From a virus, in the IMG/VR virus record IMGVR_UViG_3300002307_000001, positions 61,269 through 125,268 of that record: DNA of 64,000 nt; one strand, given 5' to 3'. Each line of letters opens with the position of its first letter. Within the stretch, counting starts at the first letter, position 1. Below are positions 42,037-52,065 of the stretch, one piece after another. The notes below the pieces were generated by a model. That model saw only the letters and a list, made by a program, of their open reading frames with translations, ran no database searches and had not been told where the DNA came from. Made by a program: the position numbers and the translations under genes.

Positions 42037-42666
42037 ATGTTAGGATGGATTGTTTTTACATTAGTGTGTTTGTATATACTTTGGTTGCTCAGTGTTGATT
42101 CATCACCTACTAAGCAGACACCTATTAATAAAACTACTACAATAGTTCCACCTGTAGTAAAGAATACACCGGCACCAGATAACATTAATCGGGAAAAAGA
42201 AAAAGGGGAAGATGAGATGGCTAAAAGAAAAAAGGCAAAAGCAGTATATATTCCACGTATAAAGAATGTTGCAGGTAGTGTAAATAATCCTTTGGATTGG
42301 TTTATTGTAGATAGGGCACAGGCTACTATAAGTGTAGCTGAACAAATAATAGCAGAACAATTAGACCGGTATGAAGTAGAATGGTACAGGGAGATAGCAT
42401 TTGAAGGATTAAAACTTAGTGATTATGGATATGCTAGGTATGACTTTATAGTAATTACACATAAAGGTATTCACCTTATAGAATACGACTCAGTTAAATG
42501 GCATGAGTCAAAAGAACAACTAGAAAAAGACAGGATAAAAACCAAATTCTGTACAGACAATAATATACCACTAATCAGATACAACAAAAAGGACTATTAC
42601 CATATGGGTAAAAGAATAGAAGAACTTATGAAACTACATAAAATAAACAAAAAATCCCGCAAATAA
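42037..42666 (+). CDS. Vsr/DUF559-like endonuclease (N-terminal TM, or internal start MAKRKK)
   Basis: SVAE, REIAF, RYDF, LIEYD...H, KDRIKTKFC...IPLIRY. Confidence 0.75.
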   Translation: MLGWIVFTLVCLYILWLLSVDSSPTKQTPINKTTTIVPPVVKNTPAPDNINREKEKGEDEMAKRKKAKAVYIPRIKNVAGSVNNPLDWFIVDRAQATISVAEQIIAEQLDRYEVEWYREIAFEGLKLSDYGYARYDFIVITHKGIHLIEYDSVKWHESKEQLEKDRIKTKFCTDNNIPLIRYNKKDYYHMGKRIEELMKLHKINKKSRK

Positions 42667-42711
42667 ATGCAGGAAAATTCGTATCTTTATATCGACTAAA
42701 ACATAAAAGAT

Positions 42712-43248
42712 ATGACAAAGGTAAATGAAATCTGGAAAGATATCAAAAGTTACGAAAATAGATACCAAGTATCAAACGCAGGTAATATAAGAACTCTAGA
42801 AAGATCCTACATAAAAATAAATGGAGCACCTGGTGCTACAAAAGGGAAAATAAAAATACTAAGAACAGATAGAAGAGGTTACGTATCAGTTGCTCTACAT
42901 ACAGGTATAAAAACAAATAATCAATATGTTCACAAATTAGTAGCCTCTACATTCATACCTAACCCGGATAATAAACCCTGTATAAACCACATAGATGGTG
43001 ACAAGAGTAATAACAATATAAGTAACCTAGAGTGGTGCACTCACCTAGAAAACAACGTACACTCATACAATGTACTGGGAAGAAAAATAAAAACAGGTAA
43101 AATAACAACAGCTGAAAAAGTAAGGGGAATGCGAAAAATGCACTATACTGATAGAAAAACTATTATGGAAGTTGCTCTGCATGTAGGAAGACCGTGGAAA
43201 GATGTGTGGGAAATTATAACAGGTAGAAGATTCAAGAAAGTACTATGA
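42712..43248 (+). mobile_element. NUMOD4-HNH homing endonuclease
   Basis: EIWKDIKSYENRYQVSNAG; VHKLVASTFIPNP...INHIDGDKSNN..SNLEWCT. Confidence 0.92.
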
Positions 43249-43426
43249 TGGGAAATTTGCCCATAGTAATGAAGAGCAGATAACCAAGGACAAGATCAAG
43301 ACAGAGTTCTGTAGGAAACATCAGATACCACTAATAAGGTATTCAGCTGTGCATTATTATAAGATGAGTTATGAGATATCCAAGTTGATGAACAGCTATG
43401 GAATAACTAAGAAGGGTAGAAAATAA
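43244..43426 (+). pseudogene. Stranded paralogous 3' end of the Vsr-like nuclease gene
   Basis: YDGKFAHSNEEQITKDKIKTEFCRKHQIPLIRY...KKGRK* aligns ungapped with 42484-42666; 29/60 aa identical by hand count. Confidence 0.85.
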
Positions 43427-43525
43427 AAAAGCTCCCTAAGAATAAGGAGCTATAATATGAAAGACGCACACATCATGAAAGAAAAGAAAGCACTGTAAAG
43501 ATATGATAATAAATGGAATAAACAA

Positions 43526-43888
43526 TTAGCTGATATGATACTCTGCTAACTGATTGTAAATACTCTGTGCCTCTTTACCAAGATCAAAAGCAAAGCACAT
43601 AGAATCAGATATACCATGAAAATCAATACACACAAGCCACTTATCTTCAGGGTTATCATAATACATAGATACATCAGCTATAGCACTCTTCTTTCTAGTC
43701 CACCTATAGTTGCTCTTAACTAGTTCCCACATTTCTGTATCTGAGTTCTTAGTAGAATAATCAGCAACAACTTTATAGGTTAGATAAGTATCATAGAGCA
43801 TTAAATAACACTCTTTCCTCTTAATGTCTTTACGTGTAGTAGTATCTATAAAAGGAAGTTCAATCCGGGTACTTGTACTAGTTATCAT
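43526..43888 (-). CDS. Hypothetical protein, possibly PH-like fold
   Basis: Beta-rich with a C-terminal helix; own promoter-like box. Confidence 0.5.
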   Translation of the reverse strand: MITSTSTRIELPFIDTTTRKDIKRKECYLMLYDTYLTYKVVADYSTKNSDTEMWELVKSNYRWTRKKSAIADVSMYYDNPEDKWLVCIDFHGISDSMCFAFDLGKEAQSIYNQLAEYHIS

Positions 43889-43959
43889 ATTAGTAAATAT
43901 ATAAAAAAGGCAACTAATATAGTTGCCAATTTTATGAATAATGTAATAAAATATTATTC

Positions 43960-44253
43960 TTAATTCTCTACAGGTGTCTCAGATGGGAGAGGGGTAACAA
44001 TACCCTGCAGACGAATATCAATAGTATCCAACTGGTTCAAGATATTTTGCTGGTCATCTTCTGAAAGACCTGCACTAATACTATCCCTAAGGGACTTAAC
44101 TGTAGTCTCTACCTCTGCGATAGATGCTGTAACCTTATCCAACTTTGATTGGAAATCACTAATAGTGGCCATATAAATTTGTTTAAAATTGTTAACTATG
44201 TAGACTAAATAAAATAAAAAAAGATTAATCAGTGACAATAAAATAGTTATCAT
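43960..44253 (-). CDS. Small coiled-coil protein
   Basis: ORF track; start may be MATISDF. Confidence 0.5.
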   Translation of the reverse strand: MITILLSLINLFLFYLVYIVNNFKQIYMATISDFQSKLDKVTASIAEVETTVKSLRDSISAGLSEDDQQNILNQLDTIDIRLQGIVTPLPSETPVEN

Positions 44254-44307
44254 AAAGGTTTAGTTACAAAGCATGAATCAATACGTGTTCTTTCTATAGT
44301 CATAACT

Positions 44308-44691
44308 TTAGTAATTAAATTTACACAGTTTATAAACTTCTTCTACAATATAGGAAATTAGATAAGCTGCAGGTTCATCTGTATCATGAGAAAAATCAAA
44401 ACCTATATAACTCAATATCTTTACAACCGCATGAAATATCTCATGATGAAGTGTACCTATCTCCTTGGCTGTAGAAGGGTAATTAGTCATTCTTATAATC
44501 GACTGCCCGCCATCTAACATAGTATACATACCTACAGAATCTAATTTCCAGATAGCCCTTTCTTTATCCCTATCTGTTATAGCCACTTCATACTTATCTA
44601 TAGAATGCTTGAACTGAATATCGGATTGTCCTAAAGAGAACATAATATCTTTATCATAGATAGGTATCTTGATTATGAAATTTTTAGTCAT
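44308..44691 (-). CDS. HExxH metallopeptidase-like protein
   Basis: LHHEIFHAV...DEPAAYL. Confidence 0.65.
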   Translation of the reverse strand: MTKNFIIKIPIYDKDIMFSLGQSDIQFKHSIDKYEVAITDRDKERAIWKLDSVGMYTMLDGGQSIIRMTNYPSTAKEIGTLHHEIFHAVVKILSYIGFDFSHDTDEPAAYLISYIVEEVYKLCKFNY

Positions 44692-44694
44692 AAA

Positions 44695-45066
44695 TTATAA
44701 AGTTAAATACCACATTAATACAATTACTAATTGATGTAATAACTGATCTAATCCAAAGATATACCAATGGACTTTATTAGCAGGATTAGCAACTTTCGAA
44801 AACCATATATTCATTTTACCTTTTAGTACATCAATAGTAAAATGAGACAATAACTGAAGGAGAAATAACTCTGCAAGAATCTGATTACCCAGATGAAAGA
44901 AACTACAGATAGCCAACATCAAAGAGGTATGAATAAATGCATGAATAAAGATAGGATACAATGGAGTACCTGATCTCTTAGCAACTAACATCCAGGAAGT
45001 AGAAAGATGTGTGTAGTCTGCAATGTAATGCGTAACCAAAAATAAAATTAATAATGTGATGTGCAT
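44695..45066 (-). CDS. DUF3307-like membrane protein
   Basis: HYIADY, HAFIH, HFTID, GLDQLLH. Confidence 0.8.
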   Translation of the reverse strand: MHITLLILFLVTHYIADYTHLSTSWMLVAKRSGTPLYPIFIHAFIHTSLMLAICSFFHLGNQILAELFLLQLLSHFTIDVLKGKMNIWFSKVANPANKVHWYIFGLDQLLHQLVIVLMWYLTL

Positions 45067-45104
45067 AAAGTAAAGATAAGTATATTAATGATACAATCAA
45101 ATAG

Positions 45105-45482
45105 CTACGATACAATAGGCATAATAGCTATATCAACATACAGATCACCATTAATCCTAAGTGACCATGATTCTCTACCGTGAGGGGTAGGTGTTTTGGT
45201 CTCTTCTAATTTATCAGGATACATTACCGGCAAGTAAGAAAGACTTCCTTCTATTTCTATAGGGTGATAGTAGTATAACAATACCCCCAGCATATTCTTC
45301 ATATCAACAAGCATAGGTATAGGATCAGCAGCTCGTTGTTCCCAGGGTATCAGTACAACATCCATATCCTTAAGCAGACTACCATGTATACAAGCCTCAT
45401 ACCCATGTCTAATAGCTATTTCTCTTATGGCAGGATACCAACTAGCATAAATGGCCGGCCTGGGGTTATAATCAACATTCAT
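45105..45482 (-). CDS. Minimal nucleotidyltransferase-like protein (start MNVDY)
   Basis: HGSLLKDMDVV (GS...DxD) plus a distal VDI. Confidence 0.6.
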   Translation of the reverse strand: MNVDYNPRPAIYASWYPAIREIAIRHGYEACIHGSLLKDMDVVLIPWEQRAADPIPMLVDMKNMLGVLLYYYHPIEIEGSLSYLPVMYPDKLEETKTPTPHGRESWSLRINGDLYVDIAIMPIVS

Positions 45483-45566
45483 TTTGTAAAGGTAACAAAA
45501 AAGCCAAAGGTAGAAACCTTTAGCCCTGTAATAAAATATATTACCGAAAATCAAAATCAAAGATAG

Positions 45567-46118
45567 TTAATCTTTTATATAATACCATTGTTGTTTTCCA
45601 ACAATTTTAATATTATTAAATTTTTCATTTACTGCTTGTATTACACCGGGCCAACCATCTATATAATCATCCCCACATAATACCCCACCATTTTTTACTT
45701 TAGGTAACCATGCTTCAATATCATTTTTAACAGCATCATAATCATGTGATGCATCAATATATACTATATCAAAAAATTGATCAGAGTATTTTTTTGCCTG
45801 TACAGTTGAATCACTTTTAATTAAAGTAACTTTATCTGCTACAGGTAATAAATTGTCTTTAGTAATACTATAATAATCTACATCTTTTCTGTGTTCTTCA
45901 GATCCTTCAAAATGATCAATGGCATTATAATCAAATACAAGATCCTTATTAATTAATTCAACTACCCACATAGCTGTACACCTACCTTTATAAACACCAA
46001 CTTCAACTATATTAATTTTCTTACCGGTATCAATTTTCTCCAGTATTATATTGAGAAGCTCTCCTTGTTCAGAAAATTGTGACCATCCATCTATTGATTC
46101 AAAAAAATGTTTTATCAT
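45567..46118 (-). CDS. Class I SAM methyltransferase (Methyltransf_24-like)
   Basis: VEVGVYKG, DIVYIDASHDY, GGVLCGDDY. Confidence 0.9.
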   Translation of the reverse strand: MIKHFFESIDGWSQFSEQGELLNIILEKIDTGKKINIVEVGVYKGRCTAMWVVELINKDLVFDYNAIDHFEGSEEHRKDVDYYSITKDNLLPVADKVTLIKSDSTVQAKKYSDQFFDIVYIDASHDYDAVKNDIEAWLPKVKNGGVLCGDDYIDGWPGVIQAVNEKFNNIKIVGKQQWYYIKD

Positions 46119-46331
46119 ATATCAAAGATAAATAAACTACTGTAGAAAAAAGAAAAGAACAAAACAAAAAACTTTTTCCAAAAATTTTACTCCCCAAAAA
46201 TATTCTACAAAAAGCTACCTACGTATTAGAGGAATAGTAAGACTACCCTCATCATCACAGGGGCCTTCTGTGAGCTTCGGGGTACCTCCCCTAGCAACTC
46301 AAGTCATTCTTTTAAACTCAAAATCAATTTT

Positions 46332-46542
46332 TATGGACATCAATGTTTTGAAATCGCTCATTGCTAATGCACAAAATTGTTTACCAAATGATGAATTTGT
46401 TATATTCCGCAAGCAAGTAAATGAAATCTATTTGCAGACCGAACTACGTTCTCTGTATAATGGTATGCCACTTAGTAAAGAGTGTGAACCATGGCGTGCT
46501 GAACGTATTGAAAAACTAAATCAGCAACTTGCAACCCTTTAG
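46332..46542 (+). CDS. First plus-strand hypothetical protein (start MDINV, approximate)
   Basis: ORF followed by a hairpin CAACTTGCAACCC...GGGTTGTAAGTTG. Confidence 0.45.
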
Positions 46543-46658
46543 TGGGTTGTAAGTTGTTACCATATAAATGGTATTAATCTTATTAATATTAATATTATTA
46601 ACCTTTTTTCTTTTATAATCAATTAATAATTTAACCAAACAATTAAAAACAAACAGTT

Positions 46659-47456
46659 ATGAACAACACAAACAACAAATTAACAGCAGAACAGAAAGTA
46701 GCAGCAAATTTTGCAATTGACATGTACGCACTTAAGCAAATGAAAGTACATGGTGGTATTAAAGCAAAGCCAGTAATCTTGTTACCAGAGTTTGAAATGG
46801 ATACAGATGATACCTTTATCCCAAAACAATCTAATGGTATACGTCCTACTAAGAAAGACGGTTTCATGTATATCCGACTTGCAATGCCGTATGTTGCTAT
46901 CAGTAGCAATGGTACACCTGAAATCAAAGTATTGAAGACTAATGTATTTAATGCTGATAACAAATTGGAAATGTTGCTTGAGGCATATGATATGTCTATA
47001 GGTGCTGCATTGCCAGATAGTGTACTGGTCATTGAAGAAACACTTACCAATCCCGGTGTAACTACAGGTGGGCAACTGAAAGGTGGTTGGCAAATCAAAA
47101 TGGCTGGTGCAGGTAGTAACATGCCATGTACCTTTACAGGTGAATACAATGGTGTTGTATATGATGAACCAGCTCCAATCTATCGTAGAATAAAACTTGC
47201 ACCTACAGGTAGCACAAACACTTTGATAGCACATACCAATACAGCAGACATCAGCAAGTTTGCAAGTGCTGCATGGTCAAAGCTGAATGATCCAAAAGCA
47301 GGTATCACAAACCTGAAAGACAGTAACGCTGAAAAGGCAGGTATTGAAGCAAGGCTCAAAGATCTGAAGACCATTAAAGCTGCAAACAGAACTCCTGAAC
47401 AGAAAGCTGAAATAGCAGAACTCACTGAAGCCCTTGAAGAATTGAGCACAAAATAG
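46659..47456 (+). CDS. Hypothetical early protein, probably abundant
   Basis: 265 aa, A-rich leader, followed by a strong terminator. Confidence 0.65.
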   Translation: MNNTNNKLTAEQKVAANFAIDMYALKQMKVHGGIKAKPVILLPEFEMDTDDTFIPKQSNGIRPTKKDGFMYIRLAMPYVAISSNGTPEIKVLKTNVFNADNKLEMLLEAYDMSIGAALPDSVLVIEETLTNPGVTTGGQLKGGWQIKMAGAGSNMPCTFTGEYNGVVYDEPAPIYRRIKLAPTGSTNTLIAHTNTADISKFASAAWSKLNDPKAGITNLKDSNAEKAGIEARLKDLKTIKAANRTPEQKAEIAELTEALEELSTK

Positions 47457-47471
47457 TAAACACTAACACAG

Positions 47472-47508
47472 CAGAGCACATGTTATCCATACATGTGCTC
47501 TGTTTTTG
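47472..47508 (+). terminator. Intrinsic terminator
   Basis: CAGAGCACATGT-tatccat-ACATGTGCTCTG-TTTTT. Confidence 0.8.
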
Positions 47509-47907
47509 TGTTATGTTATACCCATTTTATGTTCCTTCTTTTTTTCTGGAGTAATCAATACTAGTATACTTAATTAATAATATAATACACATTGATTTCT
47601 AATCAGTTGTATATTAATAGAATTAATTATATCTTAATACTCTCAATGCAGTTATACATAGCTATATAGTTCTATATGAACATATGTTATGGTCTCCATG
47701 GGATACTAAGAATATACCCATATAGAGTTAATCATTATACATAACTGATTGAAAAGTTATAAATAGTTGGGAGTATGAAGAAGAAAATGGTAATATGGTA
47801 ATAAGGTAGTATCATATTCCTATTCAGTCATCCTGTTACTATAAGGTACTAGTGTTACTATTCTACAATAAGTTGTTATATTCAGGTACTATTCTTATCT
47901 TTGTGTT

Positions 47908-48399
47908 ATGATAAATCCCTTTCTTGAGAATAAAGAGTTCAACCTGAAGGTAGTAACAATATTCTCTAATAGTACAGATACTAAAGGATCTGCTATTATA
48001 AGAACTACTACAGAGTATTTGCAAGAAGAACAAAAGCACGTAAAAGTATATAAGACCGGTAATAACAGTCAGTATACTTCATTCCTCTTTAGTCTGAATA
48101 GACATGCCCGTGATATATACATCTTCATACAAGCCAACCTAGGAGAGGATCAGGATACTATTCATCTACACCAGGATAAAGTATGTCAGTATACAGGTAT
48201 AGGTAGGAACAGTTACTATGAAGGTATAGAAGACCTGAAGAGTAATAGTATCATAACTCCCTATAAAAGAAACGAATACTGGATCAATCCATTCATTATG
48301 TTCAGAGGAGATAGGTTAGCATACTATAAAGAACACTGTCCTGATTGTATACAGAATATGGCTACTGCATATAACGTAAAAAGTACTGATAACATATAA
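47908..48399 (+). CDS. RepL-like winged-helix protein
   Basis: HVKVY, SYYEGIEDLKSNSII, YWINPFIMFRGDR. Confidence 0.7.
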   Translation: MINPFLENKEFNLKVVTIFSNSTDTKGSAIIRTTTEYLQEEQKHVKVYKTGNNSQYTSFLFSLNRHARDIYIFIQANLGEDQDTIHLHQDKVCQYTGIGRNSYYEGIEDLKSNSIITPYKRNEYWINPFIMFRGDRLAYYKEHCPDCIQNMATAYNVKSTDNI

Positions 48400-48671
48400 G
48401 GAATAGGGACGATGTGAGGGTTTTAGGGGGTGTAAAGTGCTCATTCGTCCCTCTACTGTCCTTTGAAACCCTTGGTACGACTCATTTCCTTAATGCATTT
48501 CTCCTTTATATATAGTAGAAATGGTTTAAAATACAATATTATGGAAGAGTGAGAAAGAGGTGAAATTGGGCAGTCTTTATTAGTATTTATACTCTTTTAC
48601 CTCCTATTGTAACTACCTGTAAGCACAAAATGACCAATTCTCCCTATTATCAGCACCTCTTTTTGGGCCTA

Positions 48672-48807
48672 CTCTATAGCTGACTAGGTATTCTCTATAG
48701 CTTATTATCTATAGTTCTATAGCTGGTTGCTGTTCTCTATAGCTGGTTGATATAGTTTCTTATTCTTTTTTTAGTGTTTTCTTAGTGTTCTTTCTTAGTG
48801 TTTTCTT
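48672..48807. repeat. Short direct repeats: TCTATAG x5, then TTAGTGTT x3
   Basis: Read directly in non-coding DNA. Confidence 0.65.
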
Positions 48808-49022
48808 ATTGTTTCATCCTTTTAATACCTATTGGTACTGTTTATGAAGAAAGTTATCTTTATTCTTATTTTGTTTATCATCTTCTTTGTTATTCCATCT
48901 ATTACTTTGTATTGTAGTTCTGGTACAAAAGCTGTTTTGTTATATAATGGTATAGTAGTTGGTATTGTTCTTCTGGCTATTTTCTTGTTATTGCTTCAAA
49001 CATGGGCTGAGGGGGATTAGTT

Positions 49023-49122
49023 GTATTTACCTGTATAAAGTAGTAGTAACCAGGTAGCAGTAATGTATCGTTTAATTTCCGTAGCCTGGTTCTTAGTCGA
49101 ACTCATTCAATCAGGTAAATAC
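49023..49122 (+). ncRNA. Candidate rod-shaped RNA with a central bubble
   Basis: GTATTTACCTG/CAGGTAAATAC outer stem and AACCAGG/CCTGGTT inner stem. Confidence 0.4.
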
Positions 49123-49238
49123 GCCAGAGTAGAAATGTGTGAATAGCAGTAAACTTAAACCTGCTTCGTTTACCAGTATCGTATAACTAATATTTTTTAT
49201 CTCTTTCTAAAGTAAGGCTACTACACAGCCATTTATAT

Positions 49239-49812
49239 ATGCAAAAGTATTTACTAATTGATGATCAATCAGGCGATGTTGATATTCTTTTTTCAGTTAT
49301 TGCTAATGATATTAGTGATGCACGTAGATTTTTTCTTGTTGAAGAAGGCTGGTTAATAGGAGAAACAATATCTGAAGTTGACTTTCTCACTACCGGTAAG
49401 AATGAAGCAGATCTTAATGGTCTTGAGAGTCAAACTTTTGAATAATTGGTTTAACATTTAAAACATTTATATGAAAAGACAAATATTATTAGCTCTTGTA
49501 AAAATAGGAACCAATCCTTTGAAAGAATCTGAATTAACAGAAGATCAAAGAATGGGGGTATTAAATGATAACTTAGCAGAAAGAGTTATTGGACATCCTG
49601 GTTTTCTTGTATTAAGTACAGAAGGAAAAAGAGTTTATACAGCTTTAGAAGCTGTAATAGGTGTAGTAACTAAGTGGTAATTTACAATTCATAAATCATA
49701 AACAATATAATATATGGAAAAGAAAACACTGTTTATCATTGATGGTTATCGTATATGGGCTAATAGTTATGAAGAAGCCCATGTACAGTATCTTAGAATA
49801 CTGAAGTTTTAA
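49239..49812 (+). CDS. Three small hypothetical ORFs (49239-49445, 49471-49680, 49714-49812)
   Basis: ORF track plus manual MEKKTLFIIDGYRIWANSYEEA... Confidence 0.5.
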
Positions 49813-49950
49813 TAAAAGTAAATGATTGTGAGCGACTATTTGCAGATACCATGGTTGATGTAGATAGTGCTCTTAGGCTGTTGCTTATATATTTTCTTTT
49901 CTCCAGTTTCCTTATTAATCAAGGTATACTCGGTTGATATTAGTCTCATA

Positions 49951-50478
49951 TCAGTTAGTTGGTTTCTTATTAGGTTGAGTTATATCACTAAAGAAATCAT
50001 GTAAACTATTATTAAATCTCTTGTTTTTTCTAGCTATATAAGGATTGAGCATGTAAATCTTTTGAACATAACCAGAAGGTGCGCATACGCAGTATGATAG
50101 TATTCCTTTCTTTACCAGCTTTCTTACCATGTTATAGAACTTACTGATCTCCATTTCAAGAGCTTCAGATAGGGTTTCAGATGAGTGGGCTACTTTGTTC
50201 TCTTGTTTAACTACTACTGAACAGTCACCATAGATCATATTACCCATTTGCAATACTCTTGCTACATCAGGACCACTAAGCTCTCTACATAGATATTCCA
50301 CAGCTAAAGAATCAAATACTACATAATTATTACTATCAATTTCAAACTTAGTGAATTTCTTAGCTCTCTTAATATTATCACCTTCAACTTCATCATGCAA
50401 TGTTTCACCTGTTAAGTAGTTGGTATATTCATCTGCATTGATTTTCTCTTCATTCTTTAGGTATTTGACTGTCTGCAT
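49951..50478 (-). CDS. RepL-like winged-helix protein (start MQTVKY)
   Basis: NYLTGE, NYVVF, FYNMVRKLVKKGIL, YMLNPYIARK; TATATTTG box at 50483-50490. Confidence 0.7.
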   Translation of the reverse strand: MQTVKYLKNEEKINADEYTNYLTGETLHDEVEGDNIKRAKKFTKFEIDSNNYVVFDSLAVEYLCRELSGPDVARVLQMGNMIYGDCSVVVKQENKVAHSSETLSEALEMEISKFYNMVRKLVKKGILSYCVCAPSGYVQKIYMLNPYIARKNKRFNNSLHDFFSDITQPNKKPTN

Positions 50479-50498
50479 GACACAAATATAACTATAAT

Positions 50499-50590
50499 TG
50501 GTCAAAAAAGACCATTAATATACAAGATATTTCAAGAAAAGTGGTCAAAAAAGACCACAAAAAGGCCGTTTTAGTGGTCAAAAAAGACCA
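50499..50590. promoter_or_regulatory. Three palindromic operator/iteron-like sites TGGTC-AAAAAA-GACCA
   Basis: Identical 16-mers at 50499, 50542 and 50575. Confidence 0.75.
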
Positions 50591-50674
50591 AACAGGGGGT
50601 ATGTAGATGAGCCACCAGAGCTGATTTACATAATTTCCCTTATTCTTATTTCCTTCTATTTAATAGTATCTCAG

Positions 50675-51217
50675 ATGCAGCAATATTCAAGACCATTCAT
50701 TTTCTCTTGGCTACCTGTTTCTGGCAGTAATAATTATTTATATAGTTCTTTATTACCTTTATTCATAAAAAAACTTCAATATTATATGAGCCGTCAGGAA
50801 ATTGTTGATGCCATTGCATCTGAAGAAGATATTCTTACTTCTAATAAAAATAATGAATGGTATAATGAAACTGATAGGTTTCAAATGCAATCTAGAATAT
50901 CAGCTCTTTATGATGAGTTAGCCGTATTAGATGGTGTTCAGCTGATCTTAGATAATCCGGAAGATTACTACGATAATGAAGAGCTTGATAACTTTACAGA
51001 TACAGATAATAATCCACCTGTACCTGTTGAAGTTATTAATGCTATGGTTGCTATTATCAAAGCTAATGAAGTTACTAATCCAGATGCATTCAAGTTATTA
51101 GTATGGAATGGTAAATGGCAAGAGTATGCTATGGATTATATACATCCAGCTGATGATCTTCGTAATACTGAAATGTTTGAAGAGATACAACAAGCGTTTA
51201 TTAATGCTTATGTATAA
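50675..51217 (+). CDS. Acidic hypothetical protein (start probably MSRQE)
   Basis: ORF track. Confidence 0.55.
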   Translation: MQQYSRPFIFSWLPVSGSNNYLYSSLLPLFIKKLQYYMSRQEIVDAIASEEDILTSNKNNEWYNETDRFQMQSRISALYDELAVLDGVQLILDNPEDYYDNEELDNFTDTDNNPPVPVEVINAMVAIIKANEVTNPDAFKLLVWNGKWQEYAMDYIHPADDLRNTEMFEEIQQAFINAYV

Positions 51218-51492
51218 TAGTAGGATACTGTAAAGACATTCAATGGTAAGTATGTAAAAAGTCTACCAAAGTTATTAAACAAAATCTGATCATTGTGTGC
51301 ACACAACCAGATAGGTAAGTTAATAATGGAGGAAATGATTGGCAATGAAGTCCACATAAATATATCTGCGATTAAAACTTTATAAGTCCTGCTATATCTG
51401 GTCTGTTTGGGGCTTGTTCCAGTAAAAGTGAAGACATCCTATCTGGTAAGTTACCAGCTCTCAGTCTTAGTAGCATCATAGATAACTAATAA

Positions 51493-51599
51493 TACAATGT
51501 GCAATATGGTTAAGAGGATAGCTACAGGCGAGTTCCTAAAGGTACTGTTAGAAATACAAGCTACTGACAGGTTAAGGGTTAAACAACCTTACATTGTAT
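51493..51599 (+). ncRNA. Degenerate tRNA-like element
   Basis: TACAATG/CATTGTA closing stem, TGGTTAA D-loop-like segment, TAAGG/CCTTA arm stacked on the acceptor. Confidence 0.35.
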
Positions 51600-51627
51600 T
51601 ATTTTACAACTTTAAAGACAAACAACA

Positions 51628-52065
51628 ATGACAACAACTATTCTAATAGAATTACTATGCAAATATCCAAATAAAGAAGTATCATTTTCTCCTATTAGGC
51701 ACTCCGAATATGAGATTATGTTCAATGAATCAGATGATGTAATACTATATAATGGTAAAGCCGTTGCCTATTGTATATGTGAAGAGTCTCAGTGGAGTTC
51801 CAATATAACTGAAATAGCAGATACATTATGGGAAAATAAGAGAAAAAGATTACAGCCTCTTCAGAAACAGATGAAAGATATTGAAGAAAAAAGAAGCCAT
51901 CTGGAGATAACTAAAGAAACTATACCGGTAATAAAGAAATTCAATAACCAGATAGATCAACTGCAGCAACAGATAAATTGTATACAGTATGAATCTCACC
52001 CTATAGTTAAATCAGTTGTATTCGCTATTGTTGAATATCCTGAGCATATCCTGGTATTATCATAA
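51628..52065 (+). CDS. Hypothetical coiled-coil protein
   Basis: ORF track. Confidence 0.55.
   Translation: MTTTILIELLCKYPNKEVSFSPIRHSEYEIMFNESDDVILYNGKAVAYCICEESQWSSNITEIADTLWENKRKRLQPLQKQMKDIEEKRSHLEITKETIPVIKKFNNQIDQLQQQINCIQYESHPIVKSVVFAIVEYPEHILVLS

Noticed and set aside
42484-43426. Diversity-generating retroelement TR/VR pair
   Set aside because: No reverse transcriptase in the window, and the differences are not confined to adenines.
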